From Octopus bimaculoides (Eukaryota): DNA of 64,000 bases. Made by a program: the position numbers and the translations under genes. Of the stretch, positions 14,001 through 28,400 are shown in pieces. The notes under the pieces are model-generated. The model saw only the letters and a list, made by a program, of their open reading frames with translations. It was not told the DNA's origin and searched no databases. The stretch covers positions 30,431,192 to 30,495,191 of the forward strand of contig NC_068997.1 of NCBI RefSeq assembly GCF_001194135.2, written 5' to 3'. Position 1 is the stretch's first letter. Every line of letters starts with the position of its first letter.

Positions 14001-17000
14001 ACAAGCGAGCCTACTCAATGATCAGAAAGATCACTTTTATGATACCCTTCTACATCCTACCTCAAAGACAAGTGGCAATGATCTCATCTTTGTGGCTGGA
14101 CATTTTAATGGGCATGTTGGACGGCAATCTAATATCTTCCATGGTGTTCGTGGGGCCATAGAATTGGTTCCCGAAACGAAGAGAGACCTAGGCTACTGGA
14201 GTTCTGTGATGCAAGCAACCTATTAATCTGCAACACTAACTTCAGAAAGCCAGACAGTCACCTGATAACATATCAATCAGGCGACTCTGCTAGCCAGATT
14301 GATTTCATTTTCACCAAACAGTGGGATACAAGGTTGCTCTTAAATACAAAGACCCTCCCTGGTGAAGAATGTACCCCACCTCAGCATAGGCTAGTCATTA
14401 GTGACTTTAAACTTGAGGCCAGAAGGATGCCAAGAAGCAGACCAATCCATAAAAGAAGGATTTGGAAGCTAAAGAACCCTTCACATGGTCAGAGATTAAG
14501 GGACATCCTCATTGAGAAATTTGATGAGAGTGATGAGGAGCTACAAACTTGGGACATAGAGGATAACTGGAAATTCCTACGGGAAAGCTTAATGAGCGTC
14601 ACAGACCAAATCTGCAGCTAGTGCAAAGTTCCTTCCAGACCTAGGGTAATGTGGTGGTGGAATAATACAGTAGACAAGGCCATTAGAGGAGAAAAACAGG
14701 CCTGGTAAACCTGGAAAAGTGAGGGTAGCAGGGAACTGTACCAGAAAGCCAGAAGGGAGGCTGGGCAACACATATACATAGCCAAGGAAGAAGCAGAAAA
14801 AAAGAAGTTTGCCAATGTTCAGAGACACGAGGGCCAAAGAGCTGAAATATCTGAGATTGCAAGGTAGTGTGTGAGAGAAAATTGTGATGTTACAGGAGAG
14901 AAATGTGTCTGCATGGATGATGGTGCACTTGGTTTTAATGATTCTGGAGAGAAAGAAGCTTAGAGAAGCCATTATAAAAGGCTGCTGAATGTGGAGAATG
15001 AATGGGAGGAGGAGAGCCTGCCAAATGTTTATCCAGTCAAAGGCCCAGCTACCCGAATAGAGACCACCCCGTTAGATAAAGTAATTAAGGATATGAAGTA
15101 AGGAAAAGCTCCCAGTCCATCAGGAATCATTGCTGAGATGCTTAAAATATCTGGTAGTATGGGTTATGGTCTAGTCACCTGTATTGTAAACCAGGTAGCT
15201 CATGAAGGAGTCATACCCAATGACTGGCATAGCAGTACCATAGTCAACTGCTACAAAGGTAAAGATGATGTTTTAGATAGAAATAGCTACAGGGGTATCA
15301 AAATGCTGGATCACATGAAGGTCACGGAGAAGGTCATAGCACAATTAATTAGGAAGAGAGTCTGCTTAGATGAGATGCAATTTGGTTTTGTGACAGGAAG
15401 AAACACCACTGATGTTATATTCCTGGTAAGGCAACTGCAGGAGAAATACTTAGCCACAGATAAACCCCTATACTTGTTTTTTGTTGACTTGGATAACACC
15501 TTTGATAGGGTCCCCTGATCCCTTATATGGTGGCGATGCAGAAACTAGGGATAGACGAGTGGTTAATAAGAGCTGTACAGTGATGCCGTCAGGAAGGTAA
15601 AGGTTGGCAATGAGTATAGTGAAGAATTCCAGGTAGAATTAGAGGTTCACCAATGATTAGTCCTCAGCCCCCTCTTATTCATCATAGTCCTCCATGCAAA
15701 AACCAAAGAATTCAAGACAGGCTGCCCCTAGGACCTCGTCTATGTTGATGATCTTGCTCTCATAGTGGAATCACTACCAGAACTAGGGAAGAAGTTTCAG
15801 GTGTGGAAGCAAGGTTTAGAATAGAAGTGCCATAGAGTTAACCTAGCAAAAAACAAAATCCTAGTAAGTAGGAAGGTTGACAAATCACAAACGCCTTCAG
15901 GTAGATGGCCCTGCTCAATCTGTAAAAAAGGTGTAGGTAGAAACTCCATAAGATGTACTCAGTGTAAGCTATGTGTGTATAAGTGGTGCAGCAAGATCAA
16001 TGGAAGGTTAACCAGGATGACAGCTTTTGTGTGTGGCAGATGCACAGGAGCAATAAACACCGTAGATACTCAGAAAGTGGATTCCATCACATGCCAGGGG
16101 GAGAAACTAGAAGGTTTTGATAGCTTCTACTACCTAGGTGACCAAGTATGTAGTAGGGGTGGACACTTCAAGAGCATTGCCGCTAGAATAAGAATAGCCT
16201 GGACAAAGTTTAGAAAGCTCCCACTTCTACTGGTGACAAAGGGCCTCTCGCTCAGAGTGAAAGGTGGGCCATGACTGCTGAAAACATGTCTAGGCTTGAA
16301 AGAAATGAAGCTAGTATGCTCTGCTGGATGTGTATTATCAGTGTGCACACACAACAGACTGTAAGCTCCCTGAGAGAAATGTTGGACATAAGAAGCATTG
16401 GATGTGGCATGCAAGAGAGACAACTGTGCTGGTATGGTCATGTGCTGCATATGGATAAGGAGAGCTGTGTGAAGAAATGTCACCCGCTAACAGTAGAAGG
16501 AATCCATATAAGGGGGAGACCCAGGAAGACATGAGATGAGGTGGTGAAGTATAACCTTCAAACGTTGGGCCTCACAGAGGCAATACCGAAAGACCAAGAC
16601 CTCTGGAGATACGCTGTGATTGAAAAGACCTGGCAAGTAAAGTGAGATTACAACCATAGCCTATACCAGTGTTGCATAACCAGCCCATTAAAAAGTATCT
16701 TTGGATCGTCGGGCAACACAACATGCTTGAGGAGACCTATTGAATCCAGTAAAATCAAAAATCAATAATCAAATCACAATCGAAAATGGAAATTGTAGTT
16801 GTGGCTGTTGTCAGTGCCACCTGACTGGCTCACGTGCTGGTGGCATGCAATAAGCACTATTCTGCATGGGTCATTGCTAGTGCCACCTGACTGGCTTCCT
16901 GAGCTGGTGGCATATAAAAAGAATCCACTACACTCTCGGAGTGGTTGGCGTTAGGATGCGCAGCCAGGTGTAGAAACAATACCAGATCAGATTGGAGCCT

Positions 17001-20000
17001 GGTGTGGCCTCCTGGCTTGCCAGCCCCTTGTCAAACCGTCCAACCCATGCCAGCATGGAAAACAGACATTAAACAACGACGAAGATGATGATGATGATGA
17101 TGATGATAAAGTTGTGACTGTGTGGTAAGAAGCTTGCTTCTGATCACATGGTTTCAGGTTTAGTCCCATTGCATGGAACCTTGGACAAGCGTCTTCTAGT
17201 ATAGCATTGGGGCAACAAAAGCCTTCTGAGTGGATTTGGGAGATGGAAACTGAAAGAAGCCTGCTGTATATATGTGTGGGGGGAAGGTGTGTGTGCGTGT
17301 GTATATATATATATATATATATTTATGTGTGTGTGTGTCTGTGATCTTGATGATTATAATGACGATGTTGATGAAAGCAATAAGTAACATGTCTGTATAC
17401 AATGGAATCTCCGCCTGTCACTCTCTTCAGTTTATAAATATCAGGCAACCGTCTTCCACCACCAGATAATCAATACATTGCATTCACAGATGACATTATA
17501 GTCAATATCTTCCAGACAAAAACAATCACAATCAGAACCAGTGAAGAAGCTGCAATATGGTTACTCAACTTGCTAGAAATAGCAGCTTAGCCTCTCCCAT
17601 ATCACACCTCTAAACAAAGGATATTTTGTATTCTGTTGTTCTATTTGTATTTTGTTAGAAAAAGAGATTCAAGGATTGTCACAGCCAAATGTATTTTTTT
17701 ATCAGAGTCCTGTGGGTTCTGAGTTGACTTGGGGCAAAACAATAACAAGAAGCTTCATACATGTGATTAAGTAGGCCTCTCAATTGTTTTATAACTGAAC
17801 ACTAGAAAACAACTCCGCATATTTTTCACCACACCAAGTGAAAAACACCTTTTCGTTCAACATACAACTTAACTAGGATACACAAGCCATAACAAAACGT
17901 TCAAATTATTGGTCCTCACATCCAACACTAGATTAACATTCTGAACACCCAAACCAGAATAAAGAAACCACTGGATAAACTTTAAATATTTATTACATGA
18001 TGATGATGCTGATGGCTGCATGGATAAAAAGTTCATTTTGCAAATATGTGGGTTTGGGATTTTGCTCACTGTATGGCACTTTGAGAAAGGTCTTCTACTA
18101 TAGCCCTGGGGTCAACCAATACTTTGCAAGTGAATTTCGGAGATGGGAATTTCACAAAAACCTTTCCTCTGTGTGTGCGTGTGTGTGTGTGTGTGTGTGT
18201 GNNNNNNNNNNNNNNNNNNNNNNNNNNNNNNNNNNNNNNNNNNNNNNNNNNNNNNNNNNNNNNNNNNNTGCAACTCACATGGTTTTGTTTGGAACCCACA
18301 TGGTTTTGTTTGCACCCCCATAACATAGTGGTTTGGTAAAAAGAAACTGACAGAAAAGTAGTATACTTAAAAATTTGTACTGGGGCTCATCATCATCATC
18401 ATCGTTTAATGTCCACTTTCCATGCTGGCATGGGTCGGACAGTTTTACTATGGACTGGAAAGCCAGTGGCTGCACCAGGCCCCAATTTGATCTGGCAATG
18501 ATTCTACAGCTGGATGCCCTTCCTAACATCAGCCACTCTGAGAGTGTAGTGGGTGCTTTTTACATGTCACCGGCATGGAAACCAGTCAAGGGATACCAAC
18601 ATTGGCCATGTTCGGTTAGTGCTTTTTACATGCCACCGGCAAGGGGGCTAGTCAGTGGGTACTGGCATCAGCCATGTTCAGATGGTGCTTTTTGCATGCC
18701 ACCAGCATGGGAGCAAGTCAGTGGACACTGGTCAGATCTACGATTCTCGTTTTACTTGACTCAACAGGTCCTCTCAAAGATATCATATCACCCGACGCAT
18801 CAGGGGTACTCTTAAATGGGCTGGACATGCAACACTAGTATCAGCCATGGCTGCAATCTCACTTTAGTTTCCAGGTATTCTCAATCACAGCATATCTCCA
18901 ATGGTATTGGTCTCCTGTCATTTCCTCAGTGTGGCCCAACTTTCGAAGGTCTTGCTTCATCATCTCATCCCATGTCTTCCTAAGTCTACCACTTCTGCAG
19001 GTTCCTTCCACAGTTAGGGAGTGGAACTTCCTCACACAGCTCTCCTCATCCGTACAAAACACATGACCATATCAGTGTAGTCATCTCCCTTGCACACCAC
19101 ATTTGATGTTTCTTATGCCCAACTTTTCTCTCAGGGCCCTACACTCAGTTGTGTATGAACATTGACATTACGCATCCAGTGGATCATGCTAGCTTCATTT
19201 CTTTCAAGCTTGCACATGTCTTCAGCAGTCATGGCCCATGTTTCACTGCTGTGTAGCAAGGCAGCTTGCACACATGCATCATATCATATCATACCATCTA
19301 CTTTTCATCCTGAGCGAGATGCCCTTAGTTGCCAACAGAGGTACGAGCAACCTGAACTTTACCCAGGCTATTCTTACTCTAGTCGCTAAACTCTCAGAGC
19401 AACTACTTCTAGTTTTACCCTCTGGAATGTTATGGATTCTGTTTCCTGAGCATCTTCAGTGTTTATTACCCCTGTGCATCTGCCACACACAAAAACTATC
19501 TTCCTTTCGAATGTCTTCAATCCAGCATATAGGAGTCCACTTTTGCTGGTCATTCCTCTTATTTTTGTATGTAATATAATTTTAATCTTAGGATTTTTTT
19601 AATATGCTAGACCACTGGATTTAATTGATTAATATCAATTTATACCCTTACTAATAAATTTTAAATAATGATGTTCCCAAACCGGTAAATTAGCTGCAAA
19701 AATTTATTAACTGCAGAGTTATTTCCGGACTCAGCGCGCCAGATTGAAGACATTCGAAAGGATACACTGAATGTAATTTGTAGAACTCTACATGTGCTCC
19801 CTTTCAGGTGGACGTCTTGTGTCTAGTTCTGGAAATTATATTTTATAAATCGACAGATTACACTGATGATCCTGCAGATATTTACTTATGTAGATTTTAA
19901 CAGGTGAAACCATGGTACGTAGGTTAATCATTTTTGTATTTAGTATTTTTTCATTTGTCTTGCCCTTTTACAGTCTGTTGTGTCGCTAAATTTTTACTGA

Positions 20001-20352
20001 GAACATATTTTTCGTGCTTAGATGATTCGGCATCTATTTATAGCATATAGGAGTCCAATTTTGCTGGTCATTTCTCTTATTTTTGTATGTAATATAATTT
20101 TAATCTTCGGATTTTTTTAATATGCTAGACCACTGGTTTTAATTGATTAATATCAATTTATACCCTTATTAATAAATTTTATATATATATCTATATATGA
20201 TGGGGTTCTGTTAGTTTCTGTCTACCAAATCCACTCACAAGGCTTTGGTTGGTCTGAGGTATAGCAGAAGACACTTATCCAAGGTGCTTTGCATTGGGAC
20301 TGAAACCGGAACCATGTGATTTGTAAGCAAGCTACTTACCACACAGCAACTC

Positions 20353-20385
<33 letters not shown>

Positions 20386-22926
20386 TCACATTGAAGTGTG
20401 AAAAGTTTTATTTAAGTATCTCAAATTTTGGAGAGGAGAAAAAACCGATGGGGGTTCTTCAATGTGTATATTAATGGTACAGTCGGCCAGTATGCTAGGG
20501 CAAATTTATGCTTATGAGGGTAGGAGCCAAAAAAACTTACTTTTACAATTTAGAGAGGTGTCCAGGTAAAGAGAGTCTTTTGGTATGATCCTTTTTCCAA
20601 TCAAGCAGAGCTTGTCCCTTTTGCGATTGTCAAGGTAAGGTTTACACTTTTCTAGTATCATCCATTTTATATTATAATGTACAGTGCTTTCAATGTCTAG
20701 ATATGCTTCATTGGAGTGTGACATTTCACCTTGCTTGGAGATAAAATGAGGATTTGTGTTAAATGTGATCCTAAAGGGACTTTCTGTCATGCAAGTCTAC
20801 CACCACCACCTCACATGCAATCATTTCTGTATTGCAATGACCATCCAGTTGACGTGATGTTATTTCTGTTTCAGTTTTGGATCTATTTACTAATGTTCTC
20901 TTTAGGCTTCAGCCACAGCTAAAAGAAACCATCCATGTGTGTCCATTAAATATTTTCCTGCACCTAAGTGTTTTAGGGGAGTGTTTATTACTTGAATTAA
21001 ATAAAACCATATGAACATGATATGTTTGCTTTCTATGAAAATGTGTATATAAGTCATATGACTTTATGATGTTATTTTCTCATGATGAGGTTAGGGATGG
21101 GTATATATCTAATCTAATCATTAAACCACACCTGATTAGGGTTTCTTTGTAATATGGAGTTACAACATGAAAAATCTCATTTGAAAATATATTGGTGATT
21201 CCTCAGCTAACATCTTGACCAAGTTCCTGAAACTATGGCTGAATGGCAGAAACCAATATTAATATATGGGAGCTTCTCATTTAATTTCTAAGAGGGTCTA
21301 TAGGTACCATTGTGGTAGTCTGATGTGACATGCAGGAAATTAACCACTTCCATAATTGTTTCTATTGTAATATTGAGCTCAAGAGAATTAAGGATATGGT
21401 TTACATTTTTTAAGCCTTGTTGCAGAAGCATGATTGTTCTGGAACTTTAGTTGCACACATTGTGGCTTTTTTACTTTTAACTATTCAGTAATGGTTGGAT
21501 TCATTTAGTTTTGCTTGGACTGTCCCCCTCTTTAACGTGATGTACTAGACTAGCATCTGTTCATCAGCTATGAAATGGGAAATTTTGGCTTGCTAAGGGA
21601 GGAGAGTTTTGCTGTGAGTGACCTGGGACTTTGATGTGAGAACAATTTGATTTCACTTTACAGTTCTCAACTTGAACAGAATTCAAACCAGAATCTTTGA
21701 CATTATGCTTCACATCTTACCAAAATTTGAATAGAATTGTAGCCAGAATATCTGTGAAGCTATTCTTCAGGTTTCTTAACCTTCATATCTTCATTTTTAT
21801 GAGCATTTAAATCTATATAATGTTTTGGCAATTATTAATGTTTGCTGTACCTGATTTTAGCAATAGTAATAAATATTTCTATGTGGTCAATTTCAAATTG
21901 TCTTTGAATTTGCTTATCATTATGCATCTTGAATTCATTAATCAGACCTTAAAACCACAATGCATACAACCACATATATACATTATCATTAAATTCCTAT
22001 TGAGTGCATGATTGTTTACTCTTCTCAGTAATGCCAAAAGCATTCTGTCTCTATGGAGGCCAAAGCTAGTTGAAGAGAATTTCTTACTGAGCATATCTAC
22101 AATAAAAAAGATCCTCCAATCTCATATGCATCAGCAATGTCTAATGTTCTTACCACAATATGGAAGGTGCTTTTTAGGCTGGTCCATTTGTCTAAGGTCA
22201 AACCCTTTTGAAAAACAAGGTTTTCCTGATTTGCATGATGCTGATTGATCTTTTCTTTCTCCTTTATTGGATTTTTCCAGGTTTTCTACAACTATCTGAA
22301 TGGTTTTTTTATGCAGGACAAATTTTCTATTACTTTATACTTTGAAATGTTAGTTGATGAGTATACTCTTACATAACTGTAATCTTTTGTAACAGCTCAA
22401 AAAGTACACATTAAAAGCATTTGAAATAATACCAACATGTGGTGTTTCATTATTTTCATATTATACAAATCCTATTCATAGTGTATAACATATTCTTGCT
22501 TGGAAGATATAGTTATAATGCAATAAGGATAGAGGTGTGGAATGTTAAATTGAACACTAAGTCAAAAACTTCTGGCAAATTGTATTGCATTAAAGCATTT
22601 TCACTGGATATTCATTTATAATGTTATTCTACATGTTAAGGCAGGAGGCTGACAGAATCATTACCATGCTGGGAAAAAAGGTTAGTGGCATTTCATTCAT
22701 CTCAACATTCTGAGTTCAAATTCTGCTGAGGTCGACTTTGCCTTTCATCCTTTTTGTGGTTAATAAAATAAGTACCAGTTGTACACTGGGGTTAATGTAA
22801 TTCCCTGAAATTGCTGGCCTTGTACCAGAATTTGAAATCAATGTTGTTCTAAATGTTACTGCATTACTATGTTTTCTCATTGTGTTATGCTTACACCATG
22901 GGTAGTAATAACTCAAATAGAGAACT

Positions 22927-22970
<44 letters not shown>

Positions 22971-25043
22971 ACACACATATATATATATTAGAGAGAGAGA
23001 AAGAGAGAGAGAGAGCAGGATATGGTGTCTATAATTCTACATTTGTATGTTCGAATCTCAGGCAAAGTCAAAATGTTTAACATGGTGAAACAGTGTCATG
23101 AAGATTTACAATTTTAATGACTAAACGATATTTTGAAAGACAGTTATATTAAAGTGAAATAACCTTAGCAAATAGCTGTGGATGTTACATTATTATCTTT
23201 AAAATGTTTCCTGTCAAAGGCTGTAGTCATGTCAGGGCCCCATTATTATTCTTTGTTTAATTTTGTTAGTTTTTTTTTTTGTTTGCTTTAAATACTTCTC
23301 AGTATTATGATAGTAGACAAAGACTGAATGGAATACAGATATGATGGTTAATAAGCTGGCTCACTAGAGAGATAGATAGGTATACAGGTGAGTTTAGAGG
23401 TATGCCAACACATATACAGAGAGAGAGGTATCTTAATAGATATACAAATATATGTGAACTAAAATGGAAAGAAGTGGAAATAATCTCAATTGCTAAATAA
23501 TTTTGATGAGCAAAAAACATGAATAAGATTTACCATTTTTATTCTTCTTTTATTTCCTTAGACTATAAAGCACATAATTTATCAAACATTAAAAGAAGGA
23601 AAAATGTAATATCTTCTAAGTTCATTTCAATTATATTTGAAAGTAAAGTTTTGATGAAATGGCAGGATTTCAAAAGAATATTTTGAAATTCTTTCCTTGT
23701 GTTTTCAAGTATGTTAACTTACACTGTGGATTTTCCACAGTACCTGCTAGTCTGTATAATGTTAGTATACTGTATTTTGTATTTCATATAATTATGTGTG
23801 TTTGTCTATTTACATGCATGTATGTATGTTTCTTTACAAACATACACATATATATGCCTGTGTGCATCTGGTGTGAGAGTATATGCATGTATGCAAGTTC
23901 ATGTACATATCTACAAGCATGTGCATATTTGTGTATGTATACATTTGTTTATACTTGTGCAAATACATGTGTATATGTGTGTGTGTGTGTGTTTGTATGT
24001 ATGGATTTTGTTTAATAAGGGAATGCTTTTGTAATTATTAAACCTTTACATCCATTCATACCCATCTCTTTCACACATTTATTCTTGTTATGATTCTCTT
24101 CTCCATTTTCTTAGTTCCTCTCTTCAGAAGACAAAATTCAAGTCTCTCTGTCTCTCATCGTCTCCTCCTTTATTCACCTTTTCACCTTTTTTTAAACTAA
24201 TTTCTTTTATGCTTCAAACTGACTAATTTCATGTTTATTCATGACTCCCAAGAGTCACCCTCTGCCAAATGCTACATTACTAAAACAGTGTGTTTTCCCT
24301 TCATCTTTTGAACTATGTCCCATGCTTTTTTTTTAAGTCAAAGCCATTTCCCTTCTCTCAAGCAACTCTGCCATCCGGGACCAAACTTGTGTAACATCAA
24401 TTACACAAAGGCGTTCTATACAGGATTAGTAGAAGGGAGGTGTGATGACGTTCATGTGGAGAATCTGGGAGTCGATGAGAAACACCTGACCCGCCTCTTC
24501 AAGACCACTTTCAGACCAGAACCTATGGACAATCACCAGAGATCCCTGGCCTGGCAGTGCTATCGGGAAGCATTGCCCATTCGGGTAATCTCTACAGGCA
24601 TGGTTCAAGATACTGGACCGACTTGCCTGAGATACGGAGAGAGCGACGAAACTGTTCTGTATGCACTTGTGCAGTGTCCAACCATTTTGGACCAGTGGGC
24701 TTATGTCAAATGGCTGCTGTCACATGTGGGACAAATTTGGTTATCAATTGAGTCTATCACGAAACTGCCCTGCTACCTTCCTTTAACAAGGAGGGCAAGT
24801 TAGTTTTCATTGCACTGGTGGCCATGGTGAAAGAATGTGTGTGGTGGACTCTAGCAAAATTTTATAGACATACACTTTCCTCTCTGGCCAATCGCTCATC
24901 AACTTTTCCAGGTACCACTTCAAAAGGAAGGTGAGAATAGAGGGAAATTTTGTCTCAAGTAAGATTCGATAAAAGGTGGTTGAATGTAGCAAAGAAGGTA
25001 CGCGCAAATGATGAAACCTCTTTGAGTATGATCCTGTAAATCC

Positions 25044-25079
<36 letters not shown>

Positions 25080-25373
25080 ATTTTAATCTCGTGTCTTTTC
25101 CCTCCTTGCCTGAGGTTACCATGGTCTTTATCGTCGGCTTTTCTTTCACAGGTAAACCTAATCGGTTTTTTTATATTTTTACTCTGTTCTGTGATAAATG
25201 ATCCCTTTTGATTGGAATTTTTTTCTTACACGATCCCTTTTGATCAGAATGTTTTTCCCCTTTTTTTCTATTTTCCTCATTATTTTGGAAAAGAAAAGCT
25301 CTACATTGTATTTGTTCCCTCTGTGTTCAGCTCTGTGTTGCTAAAAAATCTATCTGTCTGTCTGTCTGCCTGC

Positions 25374-25404
<31 letters not shown>

Positions 25405-28400
25405 TCAGCTGACGTGTTGTTGCATCGGCTCCAAAGGTAATCGTTTTTTTTACCATTTATAGCCCACATTTTGTTTACATTTTTGCACATAAGGTGTGTG
25501 AAGCGCCCAACTTTCGTTTCAGTGTCTTTCCAAGGGAGGAAGTGGCCCCTAGGTGCAGTTTCAACCTTAATTAAATTTGTATATTTTCTTCTCGACTTTA
25601 AAAAATGTCGAGAAATGTCATCATAGAACGTTGGTCAAATTCCTTCATGGACCAGTGTTTCCTTAGCCTTGAAATGCTAGGAGAAATAAAGAATAACTCC
25701 TGCACGTGCACACATACAGCTAGACATGAAAAATAATAAGAAATTAAAGGCAAACCTGAGTGAGGTGGAAGTGAATGCTGCAACTACAATTGTTAACAGC
25801 TCTGTCACCACCACCACCAAAACAAATTTCGCCGAAGCAATTAAGCAAAAGAGAACAACTGTATCTTTCACTGCACAACAGATCAAAGAAACAAAACCAC
25901 TTCTTACGAAAGAAGGCGAAAATTTATATTTACACATCCCTCAGAACATGTTAGAACAAACACAAAAAAAATCATCAGTTACAAAATATTGAGTACAAAA
26001 GCAAAAAAAAAAAAAACCCCGAAAACATAGCACAGGAAAAAATTGAAAAATGCCTTTGCCCTTTATGGCCACATAAGGAATACATCAATTGGTGGCATAA
26101 ATTTGCCACTGTTCAAGTTAGTTTCCACAGCGAAAAATGAACAAAGCAATTTTCGACAACTCACTCTTCGCACTGACCAGCTGATAATGATACCCAGCTA
26201 TCTTGGGCAAAGAGTGACGAAGGTCACAATAAGGTATGTGCCTGGAGAGGTAGAAACCTTATGGTTGTTATTTGCTATCTGCTTCGAAATGGAGGAAGCT
26301 AATATTTTAGAAATTGCTATCCTTGAACAGCAAAACTGGGTATGTAAAAAGCTAGAAATTCTGTTACAAATTGATCAAGAATCGATAAATAAATTACCTA
26401 CAAATATTCAATAAGCAAAAGGACACAATTTGGATGTGTGGTGGAGGGCAGGAGGCCACGGTGTTATTTGTGCAACAGCGAGACACATCTAAAAAATGAT
26501 TGTCCAACTGCCGCCAAAAAACAAGGACAGCAACAACAACAACCACTAACAAAACCTGGGAGAAAACCCCTGCTACCCACACCACCTTCAACACAAAAGA
26601 CAATAAAAGCAATACCAACAAACGACAACAGAGCAACCCCTGTAAAAACACCAAGAAGTGTAGATTCAGGAAAAGCAAAAGAAGATGCAAAAACTGATTC
26701 CCTCTCCCCTGTATCGCATACATTTAACACAAATAACCATCAACCAACACCAACGAAAACAACAACACAAACACTTACAGAAACACACACGGATGCTTAT
26801 GACAAGCCCTTACCCCCTTCCGATTCCTCAGAACTTTCTTCGGAAGAAGAAAGTAGTGAGGAATGGCAAATATCCAGAAAAGGAAGGAGGAAGAGGAGCA
26901 AAAAAAAAAAAAAGAACAAAAGAAACACCAACAAAGCAGGGAGATACACAACTCTTGAAGACATTTCCAACTCTAACACAAACAACATCAACAACAACAG
27001 CACGAAAACAATGCTCACAACCATTAACATTAATAATACAGTTGATGAAATACATCAACACGATGGGTGTGCTCTTTTACTCCTAGAAGTCTATGCACCA
27101 CTTTAGCAGGTCGTCTGGATTTCTTTCGACGTCTAGAAGTGTTCCTAGGAGCGTCTCGTCCTTTACTTTTAGTGGGGGGGTTGGAATGCTACCTTGGACA
27201 CGCATCTAGACTATGTGGGAAGAGACAGAAATAGACGGGGATGCAAATGCCTCAGAGACCTGCTCAGACGCTTTCAACTGTCTGACAGGTACCGACTCGA
27301 CCACCCAAATTCGCCAACGTGGACATGGAGCAACAGCAATGGGTCGTCGAGATCGTATCTAGATAGGAAACAGTGTAGGACAGTAGATAGTGATAGCTGA
27401 GGAAGTTCACAATTCCACATAGTAAGCTACACGGGTCTCAAAAGATAAGGCACATAGGCAGGGCCCCGGATACTGGAAACTAAACGCGTCTTTCCCATCG
27501 AGATAGGTTTTCAGAGACCGAATTAGTACGCTAGTAAAGAGGGCTTTGACGGGAGCCATCATCAACAACAAATGGTGGTTTGCCCTCAAGAGAGCAGTAA
27601 AAGCGGAGGCGATTAGATATAACAAAGCACTAGCCATAGATAAAAAGAGAGTAGTGGGTGAGCTAGTTAAGAAGTTAGAATAGGCGATAAGAAGCAGTAT
27701 CGCATCCGACATTTTGGCGGCAAGGTTGACCCACAACCAACACTTCAAAGCCAAACACGAAGGGTGTGTTGTAAGGGCTAGGATGCGTGCTCTAAGGAAT
27801 GAAGGTGTTGGAGCCACGTGAGAGGCCTGGGTGGCGGAGTTACAACAGGACAACAAAGCCACAATTCGGTCTCTGGTAGATGAAGAGGGGCGCTAATTGC
27901 TCGAGCCGTGCAAGGTATGCGAGGCGTTTCAGCAGCATTTTGCCTGACTGTTCAGGACGATTGGCGAGCGAGAACGCAGAGTAGACTTCAGTGCCTGAAG
28001 AAGACACAACCTACCCTGACTCTTAGTAAGAGAGGCAGAGTGCTGTGAAGGTGCCGTCATGGCGGCGGAAGTGAGGGACATGATAGCAGGATACTCGGGG
28101 GGTAAATCACAGGGTTTGGATGGTCTACCTTACGAGCTTTACAATTGTATGCCAGACTTGCTTGGAGACGTCTTGGCAGCAGTGTACTGCAACTGGCAGC
28201 AGAACGGGAACATCCCCGGTTTTGTGAGCCGAGGAGCCGTAACGCTGCTTAAGAAAGATCCAAACAAGGGGGACATAATAGATAACTTTAGACTCATCAC
28301 TCTGCTCAATGCAGACTTGAAAATTTTGGCCAAGGTGTTAGCCAAGAGGTTGGCGCTTGTCATCGAGAAACTGGTCAACAAGGCACAAATGTATGCCATG

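Noticed and set aside
22434-22620. Possible extra TRPM exon (ENALMQYNLPEVFDL / DLYNMKIMKHHML)
   Set aside because: In-frame stops and weak acceptors; the equivalent TRPM motif is already supplied by exon 34283-34149
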